Shown piece after piece: positions 10,882-25,700 of a stretch of 64,000 bases of DNA (the first letter of the stretch is position 1; every line of letters starts with the position of its first letter). The notes beneath the pieces are model-generated. The model saw only the letters and a program-made list of their open reading frames with translations. It was not told the origin of the DNA and made no database searches. The DNA is taken from positions 124,001 through 188,000 of the forward strand of contig RHPI01002656.1 of NCBI GenBank assembly GCA_009103225.1, written 5' to 3'. The stretch is from Chlorokybus atmophyticus (lineage: Eukaryota; Plantae; Mesostigma and Chlorokybus algae). Both the position numbers and the translations under genes were made by a program.

Positions 10882-13800
10882 TCAATCCCTAAATGGCCCT
10901 AACACCTCAAATACAACCTGCTTGTACGCCCACGCCGCAAACGCCTCCTTGCCATCGATCAACGCGTTCATGCCTAACCTATCATCCGCCCCAAAGCTCC
11001 CATGAAACTTCTCATAAAACTCCTCCTTACCCACCTCCCCCTCCCTCTCCACCTCAACCACCTCATCGGCCTCGTCGGCCTCCTCGAAGCGCAGCGTCAA
11101 CAACTCCGCGGCGGCAGGTGTTAAAGCTTTCCGCACCAACATTGACAACAAGTGCGAAGGCATCGCATAGAGCACCCGTCTCACGCTCTGTGCCGGCAAT
11201 GCTTGCAGCACCTGCACAAGTAATTTCTTCAAGCATTGTGGTTCCCACTTCAACCGCACAAGGCATGTACATGCTTTGAGTGTGTGCATGCGTGCGTGCC
11301 TATGTGTTTTTATGTGTATATGTGTGCTCATGTATGCGCGTGCGCCCTCGCGTGTGCACGTGTCAATAGGTTGACTTATATGCACCTGCTCAATGGGACA
11401 CAGCGTAGGGGCGCATTGTGGTGTATGAACAGGGAGCTCTTCTCCCTCTGTCTCCATGTTGAGTGCAATGACTTCGCGCGTGTGCATCGCAAGCACCTCA
11501 CTCGCCACGCGCTCCGCCTCGGTGGACTCTGCTGGCAAGGGGTACTGCGGAATAGCTGCCAGGAGCTCCTGCTTCTTGGCCTGTTGGAAAACGAGCATCA
11601 GTGGTTATCAACGACACATGCACTCATGCGCTCGCCTACGCGCACACACACGCGCGCGCATACGCACAGTACCATGTTGTCACCCACACGCACACCCACA
11701 CGTGGGTGGGTGAGTGCGTGTGTGCGTGCCCCCCCNNNNNNNNNNNNNNNNNNNNNNNNNNNNNNNNNNNNNNNNNNNNNNNNNNNNNNNNNNNNNNNNN
11801 NNNNNNNNNNNNNNNNNNNNNNNNNNNNNNNNNNNNNNNNNNNNNNNNNNNNNNNNNNNNNNNNNNNNNNNNNNNNNNNNNNNNNNNNNNNNNNNNNNNN
11901 NNNNNNNNNNNNNNNNNNNNNNNNNNNNNNNNNNNNNNNNNNNNNNNNNNNNNNNNNNNNNNNNNNNNNNNNNNNNNNNNNNNNNNNNNNNNNNNNNNNN
12001 NNNNNNNNNNNNNNNNNNNNNNNNNNNNNNNNNNNNNNNNNNNNNNNNNNNNNNNNNNNNNNNNNNNNNNNNNNNNNNNNNNNNNNNNNNNNNNNCACAC
12101 CCACACCCACCCCCACCCCCACCCACCCACCTCCACGAGTGTCCTCACGGCCTCCCTCGCGTAGAACCCCGCCCCCTCCTTCCTCCCCACCGCCCTGCCC
12201 GCCTCCGACTGCCACCACACGTTCACCGCTATCGTCAGACCCGCGCTCTCCACCTGATGGAACCAACCCTCGGGCAGGAACAGAACATCACCCTTACGCA
12301 GTAACGCCACCTTGCGCTTGGAGGGGTCGAGGAGGGCGTTGGGTGGGGTGGGTGTGGGTGAGGGCGAGGGTGAGGGTGAGGGGGTGGGTGGGTATGTGTG
12401 GTTGGCGGACTCCTCGTAGCACGGGCGAGCGCGCAGGGCTGCTGTGCATGATGGCGGGTACAGCGTCACTGTCTTGGAACCAGCAATCACGCAGAGGAAG
12501 TTCTGGGATGTGACCAGGTTGGTTTGAGACCTTGTTTGAAGGGGTTGTTGTTGCTGTTGTGGAAAGGTTGTGATGATGTTGCTGCTTGTTGTGACGTAAT
12601 CGTGTTGGTACCTGGTATGGGTCGTAGTGCGTGCTTGATCTTGAGCCGCTGAGACTCATCCAGAAGTTGACGGCGTTGAGCGACTCCGGCGCAACCAGCT
12701 CCGGCAATCGTATATCTAAAAGGGCAAACACACAAACACACACAGGTACAGCTGCTGCTAAGAGCAGAACGCTACAGCCAAGGTGGCTGCTTGCAGATGG
12801 TTTGTGCGAGCAGCCACACGCACACACACAAGCGCACGCGCACACGGACACGCAAACAACGCATGCACACATATATGCACTCCAACACGCACAGAGACAG
12901 ACAAACCTACATGCATAGACGCACGCGGCTGTTGAGGGACTGAGACCATCATCAGTCACAGCTCAGGGCATAGCACACAAGGCACACCATTGCAACCCCG
13001 TGCAAAAGAGCCGGTGAAAGACTCGTCATCGTACACGTCATTGTAAGCCTGCTCACCGTCGAGTAGGGCACGAAGGGGCGATGGCCGCGCGGTGTCCACG
13101 CTGAGCATCGGCGCTTGCGCCAGGTACACACTCACTTGCTTGTTATACTTCCTCTCCCCCTCCCCCTCCCCCTTCTCCTCCCCCTTCTCATCTCCGTCCT
13201 TGCTGTAGGAACGTGTGGCAGCGGCGACCTCCTCCTCGGCGCGGTCCAGTATGTCCCCGAACTCGACTCGCACGGGCGTGTGGGAGCGCACGTCCCCATC
13301 GAAACACGCGCCGGCGGGGGCGACCATCGCGTCCACAACCGCGTCGCCTGCGGGAGTGAATCACTGATGTGGTGGGGGCTGACGCAAGCTGATTGCCATT
13401 GCTTCACTGCTGTTGCTGGCACAAAGCTGGTGACATAAGCCACGTGCAGCCGCTTGGATAGACTTTGCTGACGATGATGAAGACAATAGAAAACGCATGT
13501 GCACCCTTGCTGTGTATGCATGCAGGAATGCAACAGGAGTCGACTTTCAGTATGGGGATAGTCATTGATGGCCGTGCTGACTAACAATGAACAGCACTCC
13601 CCTGCATGCATGCACGCATGCAGGGGAGTCGCTCTGTGTTGCATTCATGCTGGTGCTACTTGTAGACAACCGACACGCAGATGTACTTTTGATGTCATGT
13701 TCATCGCTGCCTGCCACAATGCTGTTGAACACAGAACACAATTCTTCCCCTAAGCAAAGCTCCTTCCTGGTGCTGTTGTACACATTGTCGTCTTGGCCCC

Positions 13801-14126
13801 GAACAAGCAACTAGTAACCGACAGAAAGCATGCACACAAACACTGTGTAAGCAAAGACACACAGATACCTACAGACAAACACGCAATCATCAAAACAACA
13901 CTACTCGTGCATGTAGCAACGACAGGAAACCTGCCAGTTTTCGCAGGTGGACTAGCCCATCTTTATGCGGGTCCCACAGTTCGCAGGCGGGCCAGCTGGA
14001 TGAGGAGGACGAGGACGAGGAGGAGGAGGAGGAGATGGCGCCCCGCAGCACGACGGGCTCCGCCGCGCGCTCCATCGCCGCGAAGGAGGCGCGGTCGGGC
14101 CAACCCGACAGCTCAGGGACCTCCAT
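10882..14126 (-). CDS. JmjC-domain (cupin_8) protein, plant JMJ31-like; contains assembly gap in an intron
   Basis: NAVNFWMSLSGSRSSTHYDP (HxD), NFLCVIAGSKTVTLYPP, GDVLFLPEGWFHQVES..TIAVNVWWQS (third Fe-ligand His), and a C-terminal RVLYAM...AAELLTLRFEE...EEFYEKF...KEAFA block resembling Arabidopsis JMJ31. Start at 14126 (MEVPEL) or further upstream at 14216. Confidence 0.88.
11736..12095. other. Assembly gap (N run) inside a JmjC gene intron
   Basis: Run of N flanked by poly-C and CCCAC repeats. Confidence 1.
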
Positions 14127-15107
14127 CCACCTCCCTCGCCGCCGCCCCTGTCGCAGCCTCAGCTGGTCGGCGACGCCCTTCCCTGATGATGGCAGGGGCG
14201 GCGACGAGAACAACATGCACGTGCAGCCTCGTGAAGTTGTCGTTGGGACTGAGTTCACAAGGATGCTCGTCGATGTCGTTGTCTTAAATTACAATGAATG
14301 GCGAGCGTGTTGACCTCGTGATTATCTACACTCCTGTTTGCGTGTAAGAAACAATTGCTTGGTGTGCGCTCTGTCTTGCTTGTGTAAAAGTGTTGCATCT
14401 GCTTGTGTTCCGGGCACGTCTTCTTCACCTCGAGCAACGCACAGGCGCTGGAAAGGATAGCCAGTGAAGCTGCACGAACCATTGCTTGTGTGTATGGGGT
14501 GCTTTAGCATATGTGTCTCAAACTGATAATTGTGAGGCAGTACCAGGTCGTCATTGTGACGCGCACTTATGTTTTGCTGTGTTTGCGATTCAGGTATACA
14601 AGCATGCATATGCGAACATACGCACACTTGCACACAGACGAAGCTAGCGACGATGGTAAACAATCACAACAGCAGCCACACCCATACACAATATACACGA
14701 GCAATGCCTGACAATTATAAGGCTACACAACCAGCCTGAGCACTAACCTCACCATGGCGGATGAGATGCGACTTGCAATGTGGGCACATGCTGCATCACT
14801 GGGTCTAGCAAATGGTCACTGGCTGCTTAACAGAGCGGTAGGCGAGAAGGATCAAGCATCAATGCGCACACGTAGCTGCGGCGGTTGGCCATGTGGCAAT
14901 ACTGCCGTTCTCACCAGAACACGCGGTGGTAAGCAGCATGCACGTACTCAGCAACCACACACCGTATGACTGACACATACGCATGCGCAGTGGACATGTG
15001 TGACGCACGTGGTAGACCATGCAACGCAGGTATTTTGAGTGGCAACCAGCTTCAGTTGGCCAACACACCACAACTCACGATCACCAGCAACCACCAAGCT
15101 CACACAG

Positions 15108-18100
15108 TCACAACATGAGCTCGCCATCACCACCGCCACCGCGTTGCTTATAGTGCGCCTCTGCGCGTGCCTCGCTCAACCTCGCCTGAAGATCGCTCAC
15201 AAGCGCGTTGTCGCGACCATGCGTCACCTGCAGTATCGCGAGGGCCTTCTGATACTCGCCTATCGCGCTCTGCGTGTCCTCTAACAGCCTGGATCGAACG
15301 CTGTGTTCCAGCGGTAGCACAGCAAGGCAACATAAACATGTTCCTAACAGTGTATGCAACGGGTGTATGTGCACATAACAACCCAAGTGGTCATAAGCCA
15401 ACTGACCAGTATATCTTTGCCAGGGTGAAGTGGTGCAGGCCGAGTACAGGTGAGTTTGGCATGAACGACAACGCGTGCGCTGCGATGAAGTCCCGACCAA
15501 CAGCGAGTGCCGTGTCCCAGTCTTGCAAAGTAATACACTCCTGCGGCACAAGCAGCAATGGCATGAGGAGGCTAACTTGATACATTATGAATCAGTGATG
15601 ATGCTGTCACGTTGTTGTGCTGTTTATTCATTGCTGATTTGAAGCACTGCTGTTGATACAAATTATATATACCAACACAAGATGTAAAATCGTGTGTCTG
15701 TGTGTGCTGCTGGCGAGTAAGACGATGCTGTTGCAAGACAACATCATCGTCTCACCTTGAACAGCTCTTCTCTGGCATTCTTCAGCCTGATGCCCGTGCT
15801 AGGCAACAACTCTTGATAAGCAGCCACGGCGCTTTGCCACGTGTCGCGCGCCTTCGTGTAACGCTTACTGGACCTGATCACACGCACACAACATCTGTTG
15901 ATGAGGAGGGTGAGATTGTGTTCACACTGTCTGCATGACTTGGGCTTTGCACGTTATTCTAACTCTAGAATTGCTCATACACAAGTCGCAAAGACAGGTG
16001 ATAGCTGTTGCGTGCACAGGCAAAGCATGCACAGTCAGCGCAAGTGCAAGCATGCGCGCGCCTGCACTCACGTGCACACACACAAACAAGGCGACCAAAC
16101 AAGTTGTCACACCTCAGCTGCTCTGCTTCTTGCACAAAGCGTGCAGCTTGGTCTTCCAAAGCGGTTATGGTTGCCTTGTCATGCGCAGCACCGCAGCTGT
16201 CACAGACAAGCGCATCACCATCGTCCATACCTGTGGACATGGCCACTTTGTAACAGTGATCACACCTATCCGACCTCAGCAACACGGCTACAAGGCACAA
16301 CAAGTCTCTGCATGATACACATGACAGACAGTAGCTACCCTCAGAAGGTGCCAGCAGGCCGTCGCAACCTCTTTGCGTGCACGCAAGTGCCTCCAGGGCT
16401 CGGTCAGCGTGCGTATCCTGCATACAAGCTTTAAGCACACCACGGTGTAACTTACGGACTGATGCTACGGGCAACTCAACTTGACGTTGACGACACACGC
16501 ACGGGTGCGCATACACACACCTTGCTGGTAATGCATCTGGTGCACTGACACTCAAAGTAGTAGTTGTCGCGCAGGGCTTTCTGCCGCGTCACCGTGCCAG
16601 CGAGCAATTCGGTGTAACTCATGGTCACCTGCAAATGAGCGTAAGCTTCGTTGCACCCATCACATCCATCACACCCAGCAATAGACACTACGCGCCTCGT
16701 CGCCTGCCTCAATCCTCCGCACCGCGCGCACCGAAGCAGACATCCCAACAAAGGTGACGATCGTCGACGGATCACAACTGCAATACCGCAACTTCATCAG
16801 ACACAACCATTTCAACCCACCCACCCACACATGTCAGTCGCGCTTACTCGTGGTTGAGTAGAGAGACCACAGGGTACATCCCCGTCCCGTACGGTTCGAG
16901 CGCATCGTCGCACATCGTGTGCGCATTGCACAGCACCTGGCAGATGAGCGTCGTGTGCCCCGACGATTATGATAATACATCACATCAGTCGTTGTGTGTA
17001 CCTGGCAGATGAGCGTCGTGACGGCGGACGTGTCGGCCGACAAGTGCGCGATCGGACTGGATTGTGTAATACTTTTGATGAGGTGGGCGATCTGAGCTGA
17101 TGTGATCAAACGATCCTCAGCCATGTTGGCACGGTCTGCACTGCTGTCTGTCAAGGAGGGCACTGCAACCTTGGCTGGACCAAAACTATATTGACTATAC
17201 AAGACTCACAGATCCATACACAGCAGCAAGTGTGCGTGTGCGTGCGCGTGCGCGTGCGCTTGTGTGCGTGTGCGTAGGTATTTGTGTGCGTGTGGGTTTG
17301 TGTGCGTGTATGACGCAATGATGATGCGAACACATTAATCTCAAGGTGGATACGGCTCTCAAGAGACTGCATGAGGGCCCAAGCATCCGCTGCTGTTGGT
17401 CGAATGACCTGCAAGCACGTGTGTTAAGTTCAGGCGACTATATAATTTGCGCATGTTGGCATGCAGGCACAAACTGAAAAGCACCAACCTCTTTGTCCTC
17501 AAGGTGGCGGCGTATGAGCGCACGGATGACGAGGCGCATTGTTGATGTGGGTGTGCGGCTGCTTGGGCTGGAACTGCATGCACAAAAGATTATCAGCTAC
17601 TAGACAGCGCTTGTCAATGTACTCAAGCCACATACAGAGACAGTCCAACAATGCGCGTGTGCGTTTGCTTGTGTGGCTGTCCGTGTGCACACGCACATAC
17701 ATGTGCGTGCGCGTGCGCATGTATGTGTGTGTGCAGTTTACGTTAAAGACATCGCACAACTGCGTAGCATATGTTTGCCAACAGCAGCAAACCTTCTCGC
17801 CTCTTCCACCTCGCGTGGTCGCAACAGCGGACATTCTAGCTTGTGCACCGTCCAAGCCAATCTCTGCACGCGCAAACACTCGTTGCACGCATGCATCCCA
17901 CACCTTCTGTGCCATCACACCCATGCGTACACACACACTCGCAAAGGAACACATACCCCACAGCATGCACCTGACACTGCGCCGAGCAGTAGTAAGTGAG
18001 CTTGCACCCGCTGCATCGTTTGAGACTGACTCCGTCTGACTCAGGCCTCGCGCATGCGTCGCAGCGGGATGACTGGTTGCAGGCGTCGAGGGCAGCGGCG

Positions 18101-18754
18101 TAGGCGGGCTGTGAGAACAGCAGCTCACCTGCGCAGCGAGCAGCAATGTATGTGTATTCTTGCATTGTAACTCACTTTCTGTGACAATATGTGTTCTTGA
18201 GTAGCAGCATGCAAATTCACACATGTACACGCAGACAAGCACAACAGCAGCATACAAGAGCACAGATGAAGCCCGTATCTCATATCAGGCCGTGGTTGAG
18301 AGGGAGGCAGTCACTTGTACTACTGACACGAACCGCATGCAACATCCCTGCAACCGTTTTGCATGCCCGTTTTCACCGACAGGAAGCACATGCAAACCTT
18401 TACACGTTGCTCCACAAGTACTGTGTGATTGCAAGTCAACGCTGCGAGCATGGCCTTGACAATGCTGAACAAGCAGGCATGGCGTGTTCAAGTTGACGGA
18501 TGCTTTTCACTACCGCTGTGCCCAGCTGGACCCACAGTGAGGCACAAACCTGGCTGAAAGCTCCGGGCTGCTCTCAAGCCACGGCCCCTCTGCTCGTTGC
18601 AGTCCAGCAGCAGGCCGCGCCCGCTCAGCCACTCATCCTGCAGCCGCTGCGCCGCCGCCGTGCCCACATCTCCCCTTCCTCGTCCTCCTCCTCCTCCCCC
18701 TGCTCCCCCTGCTCCCCCTGCTGCTCCTGCTGCTCCTACCACAACGCTGGACAT
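15108..18754 (-). CDS. SET and MYND domain protein (SMYD2/3, plant ASHR1/SDG37-like)
   Basis: RGRGLRAARSFQPG (SET-N); MYND CDAC...LKRCSGCKLTYYCSAQCQ; CNAHTM...GTGMYPVVSLLNHDCDP; VTMSYTELL...RQKALRDNYYFECQCTRC; TPR-like C-terminus LHHFTLAKIYW...YQKALAILQVTHG. Confidence 0.92.
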
Positions 18755-18878
18755 ACCCTAGCAGCAACACCACTGCCTGCGACTAGCTAATGACACCGAC
18801 GACAACAATTGCGACGACGACGACGACGACGACAACGTCCACGACGACAAAGGCAGCCGCAGCTACAGCAATGACAGA

Positions 18879-19832
18879 ATGCTGTCGGCACTGCTGATGT
18901 CAGCTGTCGGCGGCGGTGTAGTAGAAGGAGGAGGAAGCGGAGGTGAAGCAGGAGCTTCTGGGCGACAGGGAGGGCAAAAGAGGGGCGAGGAGGCTCTTCA
19001 GGCCATACAAGGTGGGCAGGTTGTGTTCCTGCAGATTGCACGAACACTGCACGGTCTGAAGAAGGTTGTCTCTACTTTGGGTGCATGCGGTGTGTGATGT
19101 GTGCGCCTCCAACAAGCCAGTGTTTGCTTGCCTTTTGCGCAGCTCGACAAACGAAGGTTTCCTCGCAACATGTGCATGCATGCAGTTCACGCATGCCACT
19201 CAAGCAGGCAAGTCACTGTTGATGTGTTCCGCATACATTCATGCTTGCTCAAGCAGCGAGCGGGCGGGCGTTGTATTCTATCTATTTGCGATGGACGGTA
19301 AATCCAAGCCAGCTAGAATGCAATGCCCAAAGGTAGCACAGTCCTACAAAGACTGTGAGTCCTGCGACGTGAATCGCCAGCTGAGCACAACAGTCGAGCA
19401 AGATAGGACAAAGACCAGATGGGGCTGATTCTCCAATCCCATAAGAGCATTGCACTGCACACTAGCGGAATTTGCCAACTTCATGCAAGATTGTGACGTT
19501 GGCATTGCATGCTTTGCGCCATGTGCATACTGGTTGACTGATCTCTCTTGACTTCACGTGTGCAGAGCTGAGCATCAGGCTCACAGAGCTGCAGGAGGAA
19601 GTCGCTCGGTACGAACGAAACTGCAAGGAGCTTGAGGAATACCAGTCCTCCTTTGCTCAGATTGCCAACGTGTTTGTAAGCACAAGAGCTTTGTTGTGTG
19701 TTTATGTTTAAGCAAGCTTGCTCGTTTCTTGAATTCATGCTGCTGCAGATGCATTGGATGTCAGCTGGCAGCACAGAGCAGCTGGCTGCGATGGCAGCCA
19801 GCCGTCCACCACCTGACGAGCGCAGCATTTGA
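18879..19832 (+). CDS. Hypothetical small spliced protein with a coiled-coil-like segment
   Basis: Gly-rich first exon ending CAAG/GT. Exon ELSIRLTELQEEVARYERNCKELEEYQSSFAQIANVF is bounded by TGCAG and GTAAGC. Last exon 19749-19832 ends in TGA. Middle exons are unresolved. Confidence 0.45.
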
Positions 19833-22780
19833 AGCTTGAGTATGGCACAGTCGCACAGGTGCTACACAGCTGTGCGATTTACAGGTTGCTGCAATATGGC
19901 ATGTTTGGTGCAACAGTCAATAAGTCCCAAGAGAGGTGCGTGCAAGTGGCTGTCGGCAGAGCTTTGCGCCGAGCGCAGACCATGCATGGTTTGTGTGGCA
20001 TAACTTATAGAAATGCAGCCATTGGTTGTTGCCAGTTGACGTGTTTCGTCATCATTGCATACATGCATACAGAGTATGCCTGCATCAGCACGCCAGTATA
20101 CCCACGCATGCAGCCGCGCAAATGCACAGGCAAGCGACTGATTATCGCAAACACAGGGGGGCGGTAGAGGTAGGGTGAGCAAGTGGGTAGGTAGCGCGCA
20201 AGTGCATGGTGCAGCCCGGTGGTTGTGTATGTAGTGGAGGTAAGTGTGTTGCATGCTTGGTGCGCAGTGTGGTGCGTTGCATGATGGGTGTATGAGGTGC
20301 ATGTGTTTGCCGTTTGTATTTACCGTTTAATACTGCTCACCATCGGAATAATGTACAACAATTGGTCCGCAATCATTTGCTTGCATGTTGTACAGGCTGA
20401 TCAGTTGTCGCGGATGCAGTTGAACGCATTCAGCCAACCGCACTCAGTCAAGCACACACAATAGTGTCTACGATTTCTTGTACACACAGTAGTGTGCTAG
20501 GCGTAGGTGAGAACGAGTAGCCCGGTGGTTGTGATAGTCGAGTGCATAGATCGACCATCGTGACTGCCGTCGATTGCTCTGCACACGGCACACTATATGT
20601 ATGCCTATATGTAGCTTAGGTCTTCATACACAAGCCAATAAGAGCTGTTGGGAAACAATTAAGGCATAGGCAAGAGGCCTAGACTATATGCGTGCATCTA
20701 GCTATGTGCATGCAAGGCGGAGGCGGTGTAGTCAGGCATGCAGGCATGGGCAAGATCGAGTTAGCATTGTATCCATTTTGTGTGAGATGGCCATAGTGGG
20801 TGGAATAAGGTGATTAAAGTTTCATAATTATGCAATCAAAACATCACAATACAACCTTACATGTCGCGTAACCTCTTGTTAAAGGTCCAATGATTCGAGA
20901 TGTCTAGATGTTGCATGGTCCATTGCAGTATTTGGCACCATAGGCGCGTTCATGTATCGCAATCGCGCTTTCATTTCAATGCGACATACGATTCTTTATA
21001 ACCGTACAACATGATACTTTGCAAGTGGCCACACAATGCATATGCCTCAAAAATGCGGTTTGTACTTTATGCTTAATGAATGACATAAAATGCTGCATCA
21101 ATTTACATGATTTTAATGTACATAACTATACCATTTATTCAGCCTTTTTACACTTATTGATGCCATTATTGCAAACAAACGTCATTCAGCAAATCATCAA
21201 TAGATGTAATGAACATCGTTATTATTATAATTTGCAATGTTTACAAAGTACATTACCATCAATAATGTTAATAACGTGACATTTACAAAATTGAGCAAAT
21301 AAGTTTCATGTACAATCTTGTACCACTTGATACAACGTTGTACACAGATTGTTATGAAATTTATAGCATATTGTGCGAAGTACTGTTTATTGCTATGAGT
21401 GACAACCAATACGCTGTGTACTTGTATATAATTTAAGACATGCACGTATTCATCAGATATCTTGCAAAACGCGATTCACTTCATGACTTATCAATGTTGT
21501 GATTATTCAGTATACAACCTGACCTTAACTGTATGTTTCGCTTGCTGGCTGCTGTGCTTGTGCAACTAGCCTATGTTAAATTTTTCTGTGGTTGAGGGCG
21601 CATTGCATCAACAACACTTGAAAAGCTTATACAATTGATGCATGTAACTGAATATACATGGCCGTTTAAGAATGCAACTATCGTATGGTTACGTTTATTA
21701 TCGATCAATCAATTAGTCCTTATTATTGTCTCGGGTTGTTTTGATTACGTCGTCAGGGCCTTAGCAACACAGATATAAATGGCATCTATCTACACTATTG
21801 TCATAATAGCAAAAGATTGAAGTGAAATACAACTCCTAACGTACAGTGCGGGTTGTATTGTATGTAGCATTACGGTATTCAGTCGCTGTTGCTTATGCGA
21901 GAACTACATCGATCAATGACATGCCCATAACAGAGCGACATCTTCTGACAAGGCGGCCTTGTAGCGCGGGAATCTGTTCCGCAGCAACCTCTCTGTCGAG
22001 GCTACGAGCCACAAAACGCCACAGATACGCATGCCCGTACATTGTGCTACGCCCTGCGCACTTTTACAAACAGCCCGACCGGTCAGCAGTCCAACCGCAC
22101 CGGCCTCATAACATGTCCACCACGATTCGTTCACCATCCCCACCAAAAAGGTTTGTCAGACGGAAAATGCACTCAGCTTGCATGAGACACAGCCTACAAA
22201 ATTGGCGTTACTTCGAAGCCATTCACTACACTTACTGCCATGACCGTTGCCGCCTGAAGCCATTCTACAAACTGGTGATAAGAACGGAACATGTCATGAG
22301 TGTTCATCCGAGACCCCGGTCCGAGGGTTGCATGATGCATCGGCCATGATGCAGTATAACCGGTGCTGTCAGGCGCCCTGTGGCCGGCCCCCCTGGCTGT
22401 AACGGACCGGCTGGTGGAACAGGTCGAGAGAGAGCGTCCGGACCGAGAAAGAGCGTAGCGTACGCTATGGCCGTTCGCTCGCTAGCACTCGCGCCTACGC
22501 CTACGCGAGTGGCAGGCGGGACGGCAAAGGCAGGCAGGCAGGCAGCGCTGAGCGCAGTGCAGGCTGAAAGCTCGTGCGTTGAGGCGCGGCGAGGCGGCGG
22601 TGTGGGCGGGCACATGGGTGGGGGGAGAACCGGGGCATGGGGGGGCTGCCCTGGTCTGTATGTTTGAAGTAGGATCCGGCGCTCCAGGTTGGCCTTGGCA
22701 CTGCTCCCACGAGTGGTGCGGCGCTTAAGGCGGCCGCAGCTTGAGCAGGTGAGAAGGCGGACTGCCCGCTTCGCTCCGGC

Positions 22781-25700
22781 ATGCTGCAGGCGAGCTCTGG
22801 TGCGGCGCTGCTGCTGGGGCTGGCCTCGTGTTGTGATTGTCTGGTTGACCGGCTAGCTCTGCGTGCCTGCTCTTGCTGTTTGCTTCAGCTGTTGAGCAAT
22901 GCGGCGTCGTTTGTTGTGCTCATAGCCAGCATGCCGCATGGGTGGGTGGGCCACGCAGAGCGGGGGGTGGAGACTTCTGCATATGGTAGTGGATTCTGTG
23001 ACACAACCAACAAGAGCATTTGTCCCTTGCATTGCAACGGTTTGCAGCATGCATTCACCTCACCTGTACCAGCTTGCAACAGCAACATCTCTTGCAAAGT
23101 TACTGTTGCTCGCCCTAAGAGGCTGTAGTGAAGTCACATGCAATCATGGCGCATGCACTCCGCTTGTAGGTTGTACTCACCAGCGAGCTTGTGGGCAGGT
23201 GGACGGCCTGTCACACCCAGCTTGTATTCACTATTCGTTATAACGGTGGGAACATGTCTTGGCAAACGTGAGGCAATCACAAGCACGGGAAATGACTAAG
23301 GTAAGGGCGTTGTCTTGACTTGCCGGTCCAATGTGGCAGGCGAATGTGTAGCAGCTGTGCTACACGTTGCTATCTAACGTATGCAATACACCTGCTTGCA
23401 CCTGTGCTTACTGGGCATGGCATCCAATCTGGGCTAGGACTGCATTCCGTTGAATAGGAGGGACACATCATTGCGGTTGCTTGAGTTTGTGGCCTGACAC
23501 GTTCATAGCAGGTCCCATACCCATAAACATGCGTGGCAGAGCAAGCAAAGCAAAAAGCACAGCATTTCGTGCTGCGGTGCATGCAGATGAAACGGCAGGG
23601 GCTGAAACGTCCGCGCACAACCCTCCAGGTCCGTGCCATATTCTGATGATTGCTGACTTGTGTTGCTTGCAACTTGCTACTGGTAAACATCTAGAACGCA
23701 TGATCAAGCATGGCATTGTGCATGTTTCGCTACCTGAAGGCGATGCCACGGCCAGTGCAGCAGTTGACTTGCCACTGCGCTGATGCCCGCATGCTGCTTG
23801 AGTGTGGCCGCTGCAGCAGGCACGTTCAACCTGTCAACATGTTGTGCTGAGCATTGGGCGTGTTGTATATGTAACAAATGTAGGTGCGTTTCTACTACCT
23901 CAATATGTAGGGTGGTGAAGGGGGCAAGGCTCCTTACAGTCATGGCAAGCTTATGAAAGCTGGTATCACTGGCTTTCATAGTCTTGCATTGGAGGGAAGG
24001 GAGCTGTGCTTGCTGAACCATATGGAAATGACATGGGACATGGTATGCTTGCCGAAAGGCATTGACAATGTCTATATGGCAGCTTTCATTTTTCCGCACG
24101 GGGGAGGAAAAGTCAGGCGTAAGGCACTCTTTGGGAGACGCAAGGCGAACCGCATAAGACTGCGTGAGCAACAACAGATGGCAGCCGCTGCGAAACAACT
24201 GCAGTTGGTAGGAGCTGGCCAGGCTGTGGAGGTAGAGGAGGACGAGTCACGACCTGCCAGCGACACGGCAGTCGCCAGCTTTTTGGCTAGGATTGGATCT
24301 GCACGTTCTTCCACTGATGCCATAGATGAGGTACTTTCCGTCTGTTTGCAGTAGCCGCTGCTAGCTCCCTATACTGTGAAGTGTCTCTAAGGCTGCATGC
24401 AACAATGGCATTGCATGTGACTGGAGGTGGCAGTCAGTGGTGGCACTCAGCACCGACATTGCTTGCAGGTACCCATTGTGAACACAAAGCAGAAGCATCT
24501 GCGCGGCAAGAGGGGAAAACAAGAAGCGGCAGCGGCAGATGCAGACGCACCAACTGTGCCTACCCCAAGGGCGCAACGACTTCGCAAGCCCGCAGCTATT
24601 CTTGCATCGGAACACTATGTGTTAGGCAAGCTACCAGGAAGGGTTGCAGCACGTCTCATTATCCCACCAAGTGCCTCATCTCCGAGAAGCGCGCTCGCGT
24701 CTAATGCATGCGACAGTGGACCCGTTATTGCCTGCAAGGATGAAGCTGCAGAGTCCAGCAAGGACAGCCAAGTTTCAAAGAAGTATAGGGAAGAAGATAA
24801 GGATGTCATCATGCAGCCTTTGGCAGTTCCTAAGCGGAAGCGCACATCAGAGCCCAAGCGTCGTATTGATCTAAGCCCGTGCAAAGCCCTTGTGCCAAGT
24901 GCGTTCTCTGCAACAACAGCTGCAATAAAAGTTGAGAGCAATGTGTCCAACGAGGAAGCGGAAGCAGCAGCGGTGTTGTTGCATGGCATCTGCATGCTGT
25001 CGGCTACAACAGCACCAGTGCCTCCTCCATCCGTCCCATACAGACATGAATTGCAAGATGCATCCGTTGCTGTCCAGCCTTCACCAGCAGAGCAGCAGCC
25101 CATGATAAGCACCATTACCATGGCAACTGAAGTTTCCCTGCCAGCCGTGCAGGAAGGCTCGGAGAAGTTGGAGATGCAGCCAACAGAGACGGTGCACTCC
25201 TGTGACCCTTCCAAGCTTGACAAGCAGCAGCTTCCAGTCACTGTCAAAGTTGAGGAGCAATCCAGTCTTGAGCTACAGTTGGCGAGTTTCAATATTCATA
25301 TTCACACCGCAACACAGCGAACCACCCAAATTGTGCCACCGGTAATTGCCACATCTACTCCTGCATGTGCAGTGCATGCAGATAATGTACCTTAAGTTAT
25401 GTTTCTCTTTTAGAACATGGTCCCCGAGCTGGTGCCAGTGAACAGCGCGAGTGCTGTAGGCAGCCCGCGGTCAGGGTCCCCTTTGACGTCACCGTCCAAA
25501 CAAAGAACACCACGCCCGAAGGTAGTCGGGGATCCCAAGCGCATGAAGAGTCCGCTCAGAAGCCCTTCGCGCTCCTTTGTCCAACGACAGGTATGACAGC
25601 ATAGTTACTCAATTCACAAGCTGCTGAGTCGTGGGCTGTAAGTGTGCCATTATTGGCAAGCGTTGTCGGCAAATGCGCATTTTGATCAGGAGATAAAGTT

